Shown: positions 18,784-28,657, numbered from the stretch's first letter. The stretch is DNA of 64,000 nucleotides from Candidatus Uhrbacteria bacterium (GCA_023246355.1 JAHFIQ010000004.1:2697-66696), one strand, 5' to 3'. The notes: a model not told the origin generated them from the sequence alone. Numbers and translations: made by a program.

Positions 18784-18815
18784 AGTTTGTTTTCCGGTTC
18801 GTCTTTGTTTATGAT

Positions 18816-19871
18816 ATGCCCGTTATGTATCCAAACGTTTCGATCAACATCGTTGCCTGGAACTCCATGAAGTTTATTCCAGACCTCATGAAGTCCATTA
18901 TGGCCCAGACCTACCGGGACTTCAATGTGGTTATCGTTGACAACGGTTCCAACGATGGGGTGGAGGCATACGTGCGTGAACACTATCCTGATGTTGTGCT
19001 GATTCGCAATGCACGTAATCTTGGCTTTGCTCCGGCGCACAATCAAGGGATTCGCTATGCGCTTGAACATTGGACAGAGACAGACGTGAAAGATCGATTT
19101 GTTCTTGTCACGAATCCAGACATTATTTTTACTCCAACGTACTTGGAAGAGCTGATGGCTCAGGTCCATGCGCATCCTGAGTGCGGAAGTTTTGGAGGAA
19201 AACTTCTCCGGGCCTTTGGAGAGAATCTGACAGACGAAGTGATGAAGGAAACCATTCACTCAGATCGCATTGATTCCACAGGGCTCAATCCTCATCGAAA
19301 TTTTACCGTAACGGATCGTGGAGCAGGGGAAATGGATGAGGGGCAATTTGATACGCAGGGACCGGTGTTTGGGATCAGCGGAGCGCTCGTGCTCTATCGC
19401 GCTGCCGCTTTGCAAGACGCTCGATACAAAGATGAATTCTTTGATCATCATTTTTTTGCGTACAAAGAAGATGTGGATTTGGCCTGGCGTCTCCAACAGC
19501 TTGGCTGGGACGCCCTTTACGTTCCGCAGGCAAAAGCTTTCCATTATCGTGGAATGTATGGTCCTGAGAAGAGCGGTCTCATGCAAAAACTTCGCAACTG
19601 GCGAACAAAATCCGCTATTCGGAATTTTTACTCCACGCGCAATCAGTGGCTTCTGCTCATGAAAAACATGGAGGTCGTTCATGCCATCTTGGCCCTGCCC
19701 TGGCTGCTTCCGTACGAGACGGCTCGGTTTGTCTATGTGGTGCTTTTCGATCGTGGTTTGAAGGCCTTCTTGGGAGCCCTCGCACTTTCTCCGGTCATGC
19801 TCAAAAAGAGACAGGCCACGCGTCTGAAACAGAAACGTTCAGGCAGCGAAATACGTCGATGGTTCATTTGA
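18816..19871 (+). CDS. family-2 glycosyltransferase (soluble, rhamnosyl/ GT-A type)
   Basis: NIVAWNS ... VVIVDNGSNDG ... DxD region; 351 aa. Confidence 0.7.
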   Translation: MPVMYPNVSINIVAWNSMKFIPDLMKSIMAQTYRDFNVVIVDNGSNDGVEAYVREHYPDVVLIRNARNLGFAPAHNQGIRYALEHWTETDVKDRFVLVTNPDIIFTPTYLEELMAQVHAHPECGSFGGKLLRAFGENLTDEVMKETIHSDRIDSTGLNPHRNFTVTDRGAGEMDEGQFDTQGPVFGISGALVLYRAAALQDARYKDEFFDHHFFAYKEDVDLAWRLQQLGWDALYVPQAKAFHYRGMYGPEKSGLMQKLRNWRTKSAIRNFYSTRNQWLLLMKNMEVVHAILALPWLLPYETARFVYVVLFDRGLKAFLGALALSPVMLKKRQATRLKQKRSGSEIRRWFI

Positions 19872-19885
19872 GGTATACTGAACCC

Positions 19886-21847
19886 ATGTCCCATTCAGAA
19901 AAATATCTTGAACGTCATCATCCACGAACCCATACAGCTCGAATTATTTTGGTCGTCACTGTGACAATCGTGGTGCTTTGGGTGGTTGCCGTCATGGTGA
20001 GTGCCACACAGGTCTTTGCTCACATGCTGGATGCCAGAGACGCCCTCATCCAAGCAAAAGAAGAAGCCACAGCGTTTTCTTTTACCTCAGCCTCTTCATC
20101 GCTTGAGAGAGCAGAGGAGGCGTTTGCTGCCTCAGAGCGTTTTCTTCCGGTGCTCTCATCTGTTTCCTGGGTCCCGGTTGTGGGCCACACCATGGCCTCT
20201 GTTTCCGATGTGGTGAGATCGGGTCACGATTTGGTCGAGGCTCTTCAGCCTTTTTTTGATCTTGGTGAAGACGTGGTTCAGCTCTCTGGTCTTTCCGATG
20301 CCTATCTCGCGCAGATGAACGAAGGACTTGTCCCAACCGTGACGTTTGGAGATTTATCCACGCAGACCAAGCGGGCCATGCTCACGCGTTTGAGTGCCTC
20401 CGCCGAGGATTTGGATTTGCTGTTCGCACGATTGGATTTGGTTTCTCAAGAGCTGACGATTCTCGCACAAGAAAGTCCGATCGGTCCTGTGCTCACCCTC
20501 ATGGACCCATTACGTGTTCAAGTGAATGAACTGACAGCTGAGTTAGATTTTTTAAGGTCTCTCGTCCGCCTCTTACCGACGTTTGCAGGTTTGGAAGATG
20601 AAGCCACATCGCTTCTGCTCTTTTTGAATAACAATGAATTGCGTCCAGGGGGTGGCTTCATGGGAACCTACGGCGTGCTCAAGACCTCAGGAGGCGATAT
20701 CACGGAGCTTGAGACCACGGACGTCTATGCCCTGGACGATGCAGCTTCCGACACGGTGACACGGACAGCGCCCTCTCCCTTGCAGAGATACAACGAAACC
20801 ACAAAATGGTTTTTTCGCGATAGCAATTGGTCGCCAGATTTCGCGGTGTCTTCCATGACCGCCTCTGCAATGTTCTTGGAAGAAGGGGGCGTTCCTGTTG
20901 AAAACGTGATTGGGTTTACGCCAACCTTTGCAGCGGACCTGCTCGCCATCACAGGACCCATCACGGTCGGAGGACAAACATTTACACCTGAGAACGTTGC
21001 TGATGCTCTTGAGTATCAGGTCGAGTATGGGTATGCAGAGTCGGGGAAACCTGTTGCGCAACGAAAAGAAATCTTGGCTGATCTCGTGAACGAGATGAAA
21101 GCACGACTGTATGCGCTTCCATCCGCGTCTTGGCAGAAGGTCTTTGATGTGACCCAAAAGGCTCTCGATGAGAAGCAATTGCTGCTATTTAGTTCTGTAG
21201 GGGAGGTGGAAAATGTCATCACCCGATTAGGCTGGGGTGGAAGTGTGGATTCCACAACGGTCGATGCGCTCATGATCGTGGATGCCAATCTCGCGAGCTT
21301 AAAATCCGATCCTGCGGTGAAGCGTGAGGTGACCTACACCCTGGAAAAAGATTCATCAGATCAATGGATCGGCAGGGTTTCGATTCACTACATCCACACA
21401 GGCGATTTTGATTGGAAGACGACCAGGTATCGAACCTACACGCGAGTGTATCTGCCCGTTGGGACAGAGCTTATTGATGTGGAGGGGTCTTGGCTCAATG
21501 ACAAAACACAAAACCCCACTGGGGCAAAAGGACCGGTGGATGTGGAACAAGAGCTTGGACTCACATCGTTTGGCACGTTTACGTCCGTGGAGCCTGGAGA
21601 AGAAAATACGTTGACGTTTACCGTGGCGCTCAGTCCCCAGGTGATTGAGACGATTCACAATGGCGACTATGCACTCTCCGTTCTCAAGCAAGCAGGTGCA
21701 CAAAATAACGCATTGACGCTCGACTTGAATTTTGATAAGAATGTCACGCACGCGACACCATCAGAGGACGAAGGGGAGTGGGGCGACGCCGCCTATCGCT
21801 TGAACACTATTTTAGATCAGGATTTGCAGATAGGGATTAGGTTGTAG
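19886..21847 (+). CDS. DUF4012-family membrane-anchored protein
   Basis: N-terminal TM helix; hallmark LNNNELRPGGGFMGTYGVLKT; alternative start at 19859. Confidence 0.65.
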   Translation: MSHSEKYLERHHPRTHTARIILVVTVTIVVLWVVAVMVSATQVFAHMLDARDALIQAKEEATAFSFTSASSSLERAEEAFAASERFLPVLSSVSWVPVVGHTMASVSDVVRSGHDLVEALQPFFDLGEDVVQLSGLSDAYLAQMNEGLVPTVTFGDLSTQTKRAMLTRLSASAEDLDLLFARLDLVSQELTILAQESPIGPVLTLMDPLRVQVNELTAELDFLRSLVRLLPTFAGLEDEATSLLLFLNNNELRPGGGFMGTYGVLKTSGGDITELETTDVYALDDAASDTVTRTAPSPLQRYNETTKWFFRDSNWSPDFAVSSMTASAMFLEEGGVPVENVIGFTPTFAADLLAITGPITVGGQTFTPENVADALEYQVEYGYAESGKPVAQRKEILADLVNEMKARLYALPSASWQKVFDVTQKALDEKQLLLFSSVGEVENVITRLGWGGSVDSTTVDALMIVDANLASLKSDPAVKREVTYTLEKDSSDQWIGRVSIHYIHTGDFDWKTTRYRTYTRVYLPVGTELIDVEGSWLNDKTQNPTGAKGPVDVEQELGLTSFGTFTSVEPGEENTLTFTVALSPQVIETIHNGDYALSVLKQAGAQNNALTLDLNFDKNVTHATPSEDEGEWGDAAYRLNTILDQDLQIGIRL

Positions 21848-21856
21848 GTTCGTTGT

Positions 21857-22021
21857 TGGCCAGCCAGGGATCTCCTCAAAAACACGGGGTCACCCACCCG
21901 TGTTTTATCCCACCGTTGGTTCTCGGTGCCCCTCGTAACTCGCCTGGCAAGAATGACAGAAGCAGACCGATGGACGCCTCAGCCAGGCTCCGTTACGGTT
22001 TTTTCGGAGATCCCTGGCTGG
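21857..22021. repeat. 165 bp element bounded by perfect 19 bp terminal inverted repeats (MITE-like), enclosing a terminator hairpin
   Basis: TGGCCAGCCAGGGATCTCC at 21858-21876 and its exact reverse complement at 22003-22021. Confidence 0.5.
21882..21910 (+). terminator. rho-independent terminator
   Basis: ACACGGG-gtcaccca-CCCGTGT followed by TTTAT. Confidence 0.55.
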
Positions 22022-22027
22022 CCACCT

Positions 22028-23032
22028 ATGTTTCAAAGAAAAATTGGGATTGATCTTGGGACCACCACCGTCCTCGTTTATGTTCCTAAACGAGGGATTA
22101 TTATTCATGAGCCATCTGTGGTGGCTGTGTCGGTTACGGATAAAAAAGTGCTGGCGGTCGGTAAGGAAGCAAAGGACATGTTGGGTCGCACACCAGACAC
22201 GATCGTTGCTAGACGTCCACTCAAGGATGGCGTGATCGCTGACTATCGAACGACTGAGGCCATGCTGCGCTACTTCATCAACAAGGCGTTGGGTGGTGTG
22301 AGACTTTTTCGACCTGAGGTGATGGTGGCGGTTCCCGGTGGCATCACGTCCACGGAGCGCCGCGCGGTCATCGATGCCACACTCGCGGCCGGTGCCAAAG
22401 CTGCCTACATCATCAAGGAGCCGATCGTGGCTGCCATCGGAGCCAACATTCCGATCGGCTCGCCTTCAGGCCATATGATTATCGACATCGGTGGGGGCAC
22501 GAGCGAGATGGCGGTCATTTCCTTGGGAGGCATTGTGGCTTCGGAATCTGTGCGCATCGGCGGGGTGAAGTTTGACTTGGCAATTTCTGAGTACATTCGG
22601 CGCAAGTACGGGCTTGCCATCGGTGAGCGAACAAGTGAAGACATTAAAATCCAAATTGGGGCGGCCATGTACTTACCCGACAAACTCGCCATGGAAGTGA
22701 AAGGCCGCGATATGGTCACAGGCCTGCCGAAAATTATCGAAGTGACATCAGATGACGTCACGGTTGCCATTCAAAACGAACTGGAGGGCATCATCAATAC
22801 GGTCAAAGAAGTTTTACACAAAACACCCCCAGAGCTTTCAGCCGACGTCATGGACAAAGGCATTGTGCTCTCCGGTGGCTCCTCGCAGCTGAGAAATCTT
22901 GATACACTGATTGCTGAGGCAACCGGTGTTCCAACGTTCGTGGCAGAAGATCCTCAACAATGCGTGGCCAAGGGAACAGGCATTGCGCTTGAAAATTTGG
23001 AAGCGTACAAGAGATCAATTTTTACATCGTAG
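22028..23032 (+). CDS. mreB: rod shape-determining actin homologue MreB
   Basis: GIDLGTTTVLVY, phosphate-1/2 and adenosine motifs; 334 aa. Confidence 0.9.
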   Translation: MFQRKIGIDLGTTTVLVYVPKRGIIIHEPSVVAVSVTDKKVLAVGKEAKDMLGRTPDTIVARRPLKDGVIADYRTTEAMLRYFINKALGGVRLFRPEVMVAVPGGITSTERRAVIDATLAAGAKAAYIIKEPIVAAIGANIPIGSPSGHMIIDIGGGTSEMAVISLGGIVASESVRIGGVKFDLAISEYIRRKYGLAIGERTSEDIKIQIGAAMYLPDKLAMEVKGRDMVTGLPKIIEVTSDDVTVAIQNELEGIINTVKEVLHKTPPELSADVMDKGIVLSGGSSQLRNLDTLIAEATGVPTFVAEDPQQCVAKGTGIALENLEAYKRSIFTS

Positions 23033-23034
23033 TT

Positions 23035-24201
23035 ATGCCAGCCGACTTGAATCTCCTTGCAACACAAACAACCGGAGACATTGTCTACGGCATCGACGCG
23101 TCGTCTGCAAACAAACAAAAGCGCACCGGAGTCGAGAACTATGCGCGAGAGCTAATTCAAGCTCTGAAATTGCAACCGCTCAAAGAACAGGAGCGCGTTG
23201 TTTTATATACACCTACGAAGTTAGATGATGAACTTGGCGTGCTTCCAGCTGGTTGGACCTCGCAGATTCTCCACTGGCCGCTCAAGCGTGGCTGGATGTC
23301 CTGCCGCGTGAGTTGGGAGATGCTGCGTCATCGGCCCAGCGTCTTGTTTGTTCCAGGTCAGGGGCTTCCAAGATTTGCAGGAGTGACTCTTACCACCATT
23401 CACGACCTTGCCTTTGCCCGCCGTCCTGATCTCTACGATCCATCCGTGCGTCGACGGCTCAAGCGCGTGACCAAACATGCGATCAAAAAAGCGACGCGGA
23501 TCTTGGTTCCTAGCCAAGCAACCAAACAAGATCTCGTTGATCTCTATCACGTGACATCTGATCGGATCGTTGTTACACCTGAAGCGGTGAACACCAAAGT
23601 GTTTCATCCTTACTCACCAGAGGACGCTCGAGTTACGCTACAACAGCATCGTCTTGGTGCAAATTTTTTTCTCACCGTCGGCAGGCTCGAAAAGAAAAAG
23701 AATCTCACGACCCTGATTCGAGCCTTTGAGTTGTTCAAGAGCCGTCGGGGAATGGGCGATCCGTTTGAGCTGTTGCTCGTGGGAGAGCCAGGCTTCGGCT
23801 ACACAGAAATTAAAAAGTATATCGATCTTTCTCCTTACAAAAATCAAATTCATGAACTCGGCTATCTTCCCGATGAGGAAGTCGCGCCACTCATGAGTGC
23901 GGCAACCGCGTATGTGTTTCCGTCTTGGTATGAAGGCTTTGGGATTCCGAATCTGGAAGCCATGCTTGCTGGGACAACACTTATCACCTCGGACATCGAA
24001 GCGCATCGTGAAGTCGTTGGCGACGCAGGCTTGCTTGTTGCCCCGGGTGAACCAGAGGCTTGGGCACAAGCTCTCGCGCGAGTCGTCAAAGAGGGAAGTT
24101 TGCGCGCTGAGCTTGTTGAGCGTGGCAAACAAAGAGTCATGGGTTTTTCTTGGCAGAAGACAGCAGCAATGACACTGGACAGCTTGAGATCTTTGGTGTA
24201 G
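23035..24201 (+). CDS. GT4-family (GT-B) glycosyltransferase
   Basis: C-terminal EGFGIPNLEAMLAG signature of the Glycos_transf_1 domain. Confidence 0.8.
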   Translation: MPADLNLLATQTTGDIVYGIDASSANKQKRTGVENYARELIQALKLQPLKEQERVVLYTPTKLDDELGVLPAGWTSQILHWPLKRGWMSCRVSWEMLRHRPSVLFVPGQGLPRFAGVTLTTIHDLAFARRPDLYDPSVRRRLKRVTKHAIKKATRILVPSQATKQDLVDLYHVTSDRIVVTPEAVNTKVFHPYSPEDARVTLQQHRLGANFFLTVGRLEKKKNLTTLIRAFELFKSRRGMGDPFELLLVGEPGFGYTEIKKYIDLSPYKNQIHELGYLPDEEVAPLMSAATAYVFPSWYEGFGIPNLEAMLAGTTLITSDIEAHREVVGDAGLLVAPGEPEAWAQALARVVKEGSLRAELVERGKQRVMGFSWQKTAAMTLDSLRSLV

Positions 24202-24212
24202 TGTCAGGGATT

Positions 24213-24989
24213 ATGGACGAACTCAAAAAAGAACTGCAACACTTGGGGCTTTCTGATAAGGAAGCAAAGGTGTACTTGGCTGCCCTTGAACTTGGCCCAT
24301 CGCCTGTCCAGGACATCTCCCATAAAGCCCATGTGAACCGGGCGACGACCTATGTGATGATTGAGTCATTGGCTTCGCGCGGGCTCATGTCAACCTTTCA
24401 AAAAGGCAAGAAACGTTTTTACGTCTCCGAGAGTCCTGATCGACTGCTCTCGATCATTCAAATCCAGCAAAAAGAATTGGCAGAAAAAGAATCAGAGTTG
24501 CAAGGCGTGATGCCGCTGCTCACCAGCCTCTACAATGCCGAAGGTGCCAAGCCGCAGATTCGATACTTGGAAGGCATGGAAGGCGTGAAAACCGTTCGGG
24601 CGATTTTTGAAAAGCTGCCTGGTGACTTTATCGAGATCGCGCCACTGGACGATGTCCATGAAACAAAAGAGTTAATGGGAGAAGGGCGCGAAGAACATCA
24701 TGCGGTGCTACGACAGAAAGGCGCCAAGTATCGCGTGCTCGCCATCACCAAAAATACCGACCCGATGTGTTTGCCTGACATGGGAGAAGGGGAATGGCGC
24801 ATGCTGCCACCGGAAAAGTTTCCCATTCATGGGAGCATCGTGGTGCGTCGAGATTATGTGTTCCTGTTCTCATATCGTTCGTCGATTTTGTCCGTTGTGA
24901 TTCGTTCGCAGGAAATTGCCGATGCGATCCGTGCCCTGTTTGCCCTGGCGTGGGATGGGGCAAAGGGTTATCCCTCAAAGGGTTGTTAA
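24213..24989 (+). CDS. TrmB-family transcriptional regulator
   Basis: N-terminal wHTH LGLSDKEAKVYLAALELGPSPVQDIS plus a C-terminal sugar-sensor-like domain; AGGGA SD. Confidence 0.6.
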   Translation: MDELKKELQHLGLSDKEAKVYLAALELGPSPVQDISHKAHVNRATTYVMIESLASRGLMSTFQKGKKRFYVSESPDRLLSIIQIQQKELAEKESELQGVMPLLTSLYNAEGAKPQIRYLEGMEGVKTVRAIFEKLPGDFIEIAPLDDVHETKELMGEGREEHHAVLRQKGAKYRVLAITKNTDPMCLPDMGEGEWRMLPPEKFPIHGSIVVRRDYVFLFSYRSSILSVVIRSQEIADAIRALFALAWDGAKGYPSKGC

Positions 24990-24995
24990 AAAGAA

Positions 24996-25022
24996 GACAG
25001 ACCTGCGTGGTCTGTTTTTCGT
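24996..25022 (+). terminator. rho-independent terminator
   Basis: GACAGACC-tgcgt-GGTCTGT followed by TTTTCG. Confidence 0.6.
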
Positions 25023-25435
25023 TTCGTCTGTTGGTCGATGGAGTGGGGATGTGGAGAGAACGTGAGAGTGAGAGTTGTCTCTTGCTAGCTGCCGCCTGGG
25101 CAGATGTAGCAAGGGCAGAACCGCCTGGGATCTTCGTCGACAGCGTGTCGACGAGTCCTGGCCAACCGTGTTGCACGGAAGGCACAAGCGGAATGCAACT
25201 CATTCATCACCATCCTCTCTATCTCCATCACATCCTCCTCACCTTTGTCTGTCCGTTGGACTTATTGTTCGCCGCTCATGTTGAGAAACGACAAGACAAA
25301 CTAACAAGAAGGCTGGTTCTCGTCAAGAGATTCTGTTGGCGAACGTTGGCAAACAAAAAACTCCGACGACTGTCGAAGTTTTTTGCTACTCCTTGGGAGA
25401 GAGTTGGGTAATGAAACCCTCGAAGGGTAGTAGCA

Positions 25436-25516
25436 AGTAGTTAGTAGCAAGTAGCATGTATGTTCACTCCGAAAATACTTGCTACGTGCTACGTGATACT
25501 TGCTACTGCTCTCAGA
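25436..25516. repeat. IVS-like inverted repeat (AGTAGCAAGTA family) at the left junction of the GC-rich segment
   Basis: gtagtagcaagtagttagtagcaagtagcatgtat - gttcactccgaaa - atacttgctacgtgctacgtgatacttgctac. Confidence 0.7.
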
Positions 25517-25570
25517 GCGTCGCCCGACACGTCCTTTCCCCAGCAATGGTTTGAGAGCGTGTCAGGCAGA

Positions 25571-25598
25571 GAGCGCTAGTCACGTCGTTCGCGAACGA
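25571..25598. terminator. perfect 28 bp palindrome AGTCACGTCGTTCGCGAACGACGTGACT (high-GC-style terminator or operator)
   Basis: perfect dyad immediately 3' of the small minus-strand ORF; near-identical palindrome at 27335-27356. Confidence 0.45.
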
Positions 25599-25732
25599 CG
25601 TGACTAGATGATGCCGCGCAGGTGCGGGCCTTCCTCGAAGAGGAGCTTGATCGCGTAGACGGCGGAGAAGGCCATCATCGCATAGAGGACATGCTCGAGC
25701 TCGCACTTCGCGATCAGTTCAATGAAATACAT
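25595..25732 (-). CDS. small hydrophobic protein (45 aa), hypothetical
   Basis: ATG 5 nt after a perfect GGAGGT SD; MYFIELIAKCELEHVLYAMMAFSAVYAIKLLFEEGPHLRGII; shorter than the ORF-track cutoff. Confidence 0.3.
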
Positions 25733-25745
25733 GGGGACCTCCTAG

Positions 25746-25815
25746 TCCTAGCAGGACACGACCGGGGTCATGTTCTCTTAGGACTCGGCGATCGATTTCG
25801 TGTCGATCGCCGTCC
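25746..25815. repeat. ~70 bp upstream element R1 (island repeat family)
   Basis: cctagcaggacacga...atgttctcttagg...GGCGATCGA-tttcgtg-TCGATCGCC; about 87% identical to R3. Confidence 0.6.
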
Positions 25816-25956
25816 GTTGGTTTCTCACCGTGGAGGTTCTGCTCCCTCTGGGCTCACCGTCCGGTGGCCGAAGTTCTCCATTGCTGGATCGCTTCGACCA
25901 CCGGCATCGCAGGTGACGCGCCTGGTTTGAGTCCAGGAACTTGCGGCCGCGGGGAC

Positions 25957-27216
25957 CTACTTCTTCTTGCCCGCCGACTGCATGTCGTTGCGGATCTGGC
26001 GATCCTTCTCGGCGCGCGCTGCCATCTTTGCCAGCTTCCACGCCGGGGCGCCATTGCCGCTCCCGCCGGTCGCACCGCCGTTGCCGACGACGTCTCCGAA
26101 TCGCGGACGCAGGTTCCGGCTGGCCGCCTGGTACTTCAGCTCCTCGTCCATCATCGTCCGCATGGTCTCCTTGAGGGAGTACCCGCGGCCGAAGCGACGG
26201 ATGCAACGCTCGCCGAACGCGTGCCGCCACAGGTCTTTCGACCCGATGCGGCTTCCGTTCTGACGCTCGCGCATCGCACCGATTGGCGGCACCTGGGCCA
26301 CCGACTCGAGCACGAGGTTGCCGCATCCGCAGACGCACCGGAACGCGAGTCCCGACGCGGTGCTGATTCGACCGAAGGGATCGCTCCCCTCGGGCTTCAC
26401 GCTGGGGATCACCAGGATCAGCGGCGCGGACGCAGGGGAGGCCGACTTGCGGGCGGGGAGGACGAGGCCGGGCTTCACGGTCGCCTTGGGCTTGCGGCTC
26501 TCGACGATCTCGCTCACGCGGGCCTGGAGGGCACCCGCGCTGCGGAACAGGAGATCGACACCGAAGCCCGAGAGCTCCGACGGCGTTTCTCCATTCCACC
26601 CGATCACCTTCACGACCTCGCGGTCGTCGGTGAGACGGGCGAGCTCGTCGGCGGCCTTGCACGCGGCGGTGACCGCGGAGAGGTAGTCGGCCTCCATGGC
26701 GCGGGGGTGATCGCTCCACCTCTCCATGATCAGGTCGGTGCGGCTGAAGCCGAACTGCCGGACCAGGACGTGGTCGTCGATCTCATTCACCGCGTCCGCG
26801 AGGCGCGAGAGCCTGTCCGTGTAGACCGCCTCGCCGACGGTGTCGTCGTCGAACTCGTACTCGCTTTCCTCGCTGTCGGCCTCGATCTCCTCGTCGGACG
26901 CCTCTTCCCAGCTCTCGTACGAGCCGGCGAAGTTGTCCCACTCGGTGGCCGTCAGGTAGACCTCGCGGGACTGGACGGACGCGCTCGCGCGCATGCCGCC
27001 GTTCTGCCGACGGTTCAGCTCGCGCTGCCACGCCACGTCCTGCAGAGCCTGGTCCTCGTCGACCATGTCGAGGTTCTCGAGCGCGATGTCCGAGTAGTCG
27101 GGCGAGTTCGCGTCGCCTTCGCTCGTGACGTGGGAAGTGATCCCACGGCGATTGAACTTGATGCCGAGTTCGCGCACGCCTTCGGAGGCGAGGATGGGGC
27201 TGGGGGATCGGGACAT
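25957..27216 (-). CDS. hypothetical acidic protein (419 aa), no recognisable domain
   Basis: ATG 7 nt after AGGAGA; balanced composition unlike the Arg/Pro-rich shadow ORFs on other frames; acidic region (SDEEIEADSEESEYEFDDD); CVCGCG Cys cluster; basic C-terminus GKKK. Confidence 0.5.
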   Translation of the reverse strand: MSRSPSPILASEGVRELGIKFNRRGITSHVTSEGDANSPDYSDIALENLDMVDEDQALQDVAWQRELNRRQNGGMRASASVQSREVYLTATEWDNFAGSYESWEEASDEEIEADSEESEYEFDDDTVGEAVYTDRLSRLADAVNEIDDHVLVRQFGFSRTDLIMERWSDHPRAMEADYLSAVTAACKAADELARLTDDREVVKVIGWNGETPSELSGFGVDLLFRSAGALQARVSEIVESRKPKATVKPGLVLPARKSASPASAPLILVIPSVKPEGSDPFGRISTASGLAFRCVCGCGNLVLESVAQVPPIGAMRERQNGSRIGSKDLWRHAFGERCIRRFGRGYSLKETMRTMMDEELKYQAASRNLRPRFGDVVGNGGATGGSGNGAPAWKLAKMAARAEKDRQIRNDMQSAGKKK

Positions 27217-27254
27217 GAGAATCTCCTGGTTCAGTGGGGGGGGGAAGTAACCTT

Positions 27255-27330
27255 GGGCAAAGCCCTAGCAGTTCACGATTTAAGATCATGGACTCTTAGG
27301 GCTGGGCGAGTCGACTCACGTACGAATCGA
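27255..27330. repeat. ~70 bp upstream element R2 (diverged copy)
   Basis: ccctagcag..cacgat..atcatg..ctcttaggg then GGGCGAgTCGA...TCGAtCGCCC hairpin. Confidence 0.5.
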
Positions 27331-27334
27331 TCGC

Positions 27335-27356
27335 CCACCACGTCGCTCGCGAGCGA
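27335..27356. terminator. perfect 22 bp palindrome CACGTCGCTCGCGAGCGACGTG
   Basis: 3' of the small gene at 27395-27602; paralog of the 25571-25598 palindrome with symmetric T/C and A/G changes. Confidence 0.45.
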
Positions 27357-27394
27357 CGTGGCCGTCGTTCCCTTCGCCGTTGGCGTCTAGCCGT

Positions 27395-27602
27395 TCATCG
27401 AGCGGTCGCGGTCTGCAGGCGGCGGGCCTGCTCCATGCGGCGGACGAAGCGGGGAAGGATCACGGGGACGGCGGGGCGCGGCGGCGGGGTGGTGCCGGTG
27501 CAGAAGATCATGCCGGTCGTGAGAAAACGATCGGCGTCCTCGTCGGTGAAGAAGCGGTCGGTGGCGCGGGCCACCATGAGGATCGTGGGGGAAGGGGGCA
27601 TG
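27395..27602 (-). CDS. small hypothetical protein (69 aa)
   Basis: ATG 7 nt after GGGGAG; the longer ORF to 27715 lacks an SD. Confidence 0.35.
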
Positions 27603-27804
27603 GGAAGACTCCCCTGGTCGGTTGGTTCGGGTCCGACGCAGGAATTCGGAGAAGAATGGTCCAGTGACCTACCCGAAGGTTGGTGTAGACCTGGAACAAC
27701 GGGCATATGGATCAAGTAAGCGTAAGCCTAGTTGGGCCATTTGTTGTTCCTCCTCACGACCGCTTTTGGCGGCCAGAGGTTTCTCTCTCCTCCGAGTTCC
27801 TGTG

Positions 27805-27875
27805 TCAGATTTCCCTAGCAGGACACGATCATCGATCATGTTCTCTTAGGGTTCGGCGATCAATTTCGTGTTGAT
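27805..27875. repeat. ~70 bp upstream element R3
   Basis: cctagcaggacacgatcatcgatcatgttctcttaggg...GGCGATCAA-tttcgtg-TTGATCGCC (compensatory change relative to R1). Confidence 0.6.
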
Positions 27876-28012
27876 CGCCGCCCGTGTGCACCTAGCGTTT
27901 TTTCGGAAGGAGCAGGTGCGCTCCTTCCAACCACCCTTTCGGTTTCCGTTGTTCGCATCCTGTCTGGGACGCGGTAACGGTGGGCTGTGGTGCCCGTGTT
28001 GCTCGCCTCGCG

Positions 28013-28657
28013 CTAGCCGTTGGTTCCGGTTCCTTCGCCCTCGTCCGCCTCGTCCTCATCGGACTCGGCGGGTTCGGGGGCGGCGGTTCCGGCGGCGATC
28101 GCGGCGGCCTCGGCGCGGCGGGCTTCCTCGAGGTCGGCCTTGAACTGCGCGTAGCCTTCCTCGCCGGCGATGAGCTCGAGGATCTGCAGCGAGGTGCGGA
28201 TGTGGAGGCCGTGCTTGCCGATGATCGCGCGCGCGACGGTCTTCTCGGTCTCCTGCGTCGGTGCGTTGAACACCGGCGCGAGGGTCTCGATCAGCACGTC
28301 ACGCTCGCCACGACCGAGCTTCACCGGGCGACCCTCGGGGGTCTTCTTGTCGAGCGCCACGCCTTCCTTGGCCGCCTTCATCTCCGGGATCCAGCTCTGG
28401 AAGTACCACTCGCGGCTGCCGGCTTCGAGCTCGACCTTGGCCATGGCCCACCCGATCTGCACGATCGCGAAGGCGGACTGGCGGGACGAGATCGCGAAGT
28501 CGAACAGCTTCTGTCCGTGGTCCTTGAGCGGCTCGTAGAGACCGACGATGAGTTGGACCGCGAGGTCCGCTTCGTCGCGGGACACCACGGGCGTGGTCTG
28601 GCGCGGAGCCTGGCGGGGGGCGACGGCACTGTTGCGGGTCGGGAGCGTGAGAGACAT
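28013..28657 (-). CDS. hypothetical protein (214 aa) with acidic Ala-rich tail
   Basis: ATG 7 nt after AGGAG; no recognisable motifs. Confidence 0.5.
   Translation of the reverse strand: MSLTLPTRNSAVAPRQAPRQTTPVVSRDEADLAVQLIVGLYEPLKDHGQKLFDFAISSRQSAFAIVQIGWAMAKVELEAGSREWYFQSWIPEMKAAKEGVALDKKTPEGRPVKLGRGERDVLIETLAPVFNAPTQETEKTVARAIIGKHGLHIRTSLQILELIAGEEGYAQFKADLEEARRAEAAAIAAGTAAPEPAESDEDEADEGEGTGTNG

Noticed and set aside
24794-25411. 205 aa plus-strand ORF and 152 aa minus-strand ORF downstream of the TrmB gene
   Set aside because: They follow a terminator, have no SD, a Cys/Pro/Arg-rich composition and mutual overlap. They are probably non-coding spacer.
25778-27390. Very long ORFs on several frames inside the GC-rich segment (25778-26719 on the minus strand, 25864-27390 on the plus strand, 26783-27289 on the minus strand and others)
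   Set aside because: Their products are Arg/Pro/Gly-rich low-complexity sequences typical of off-frame translation of high-GC DNA. They have no SD and they overlap the better-supported 419 aa minus-strand gene.
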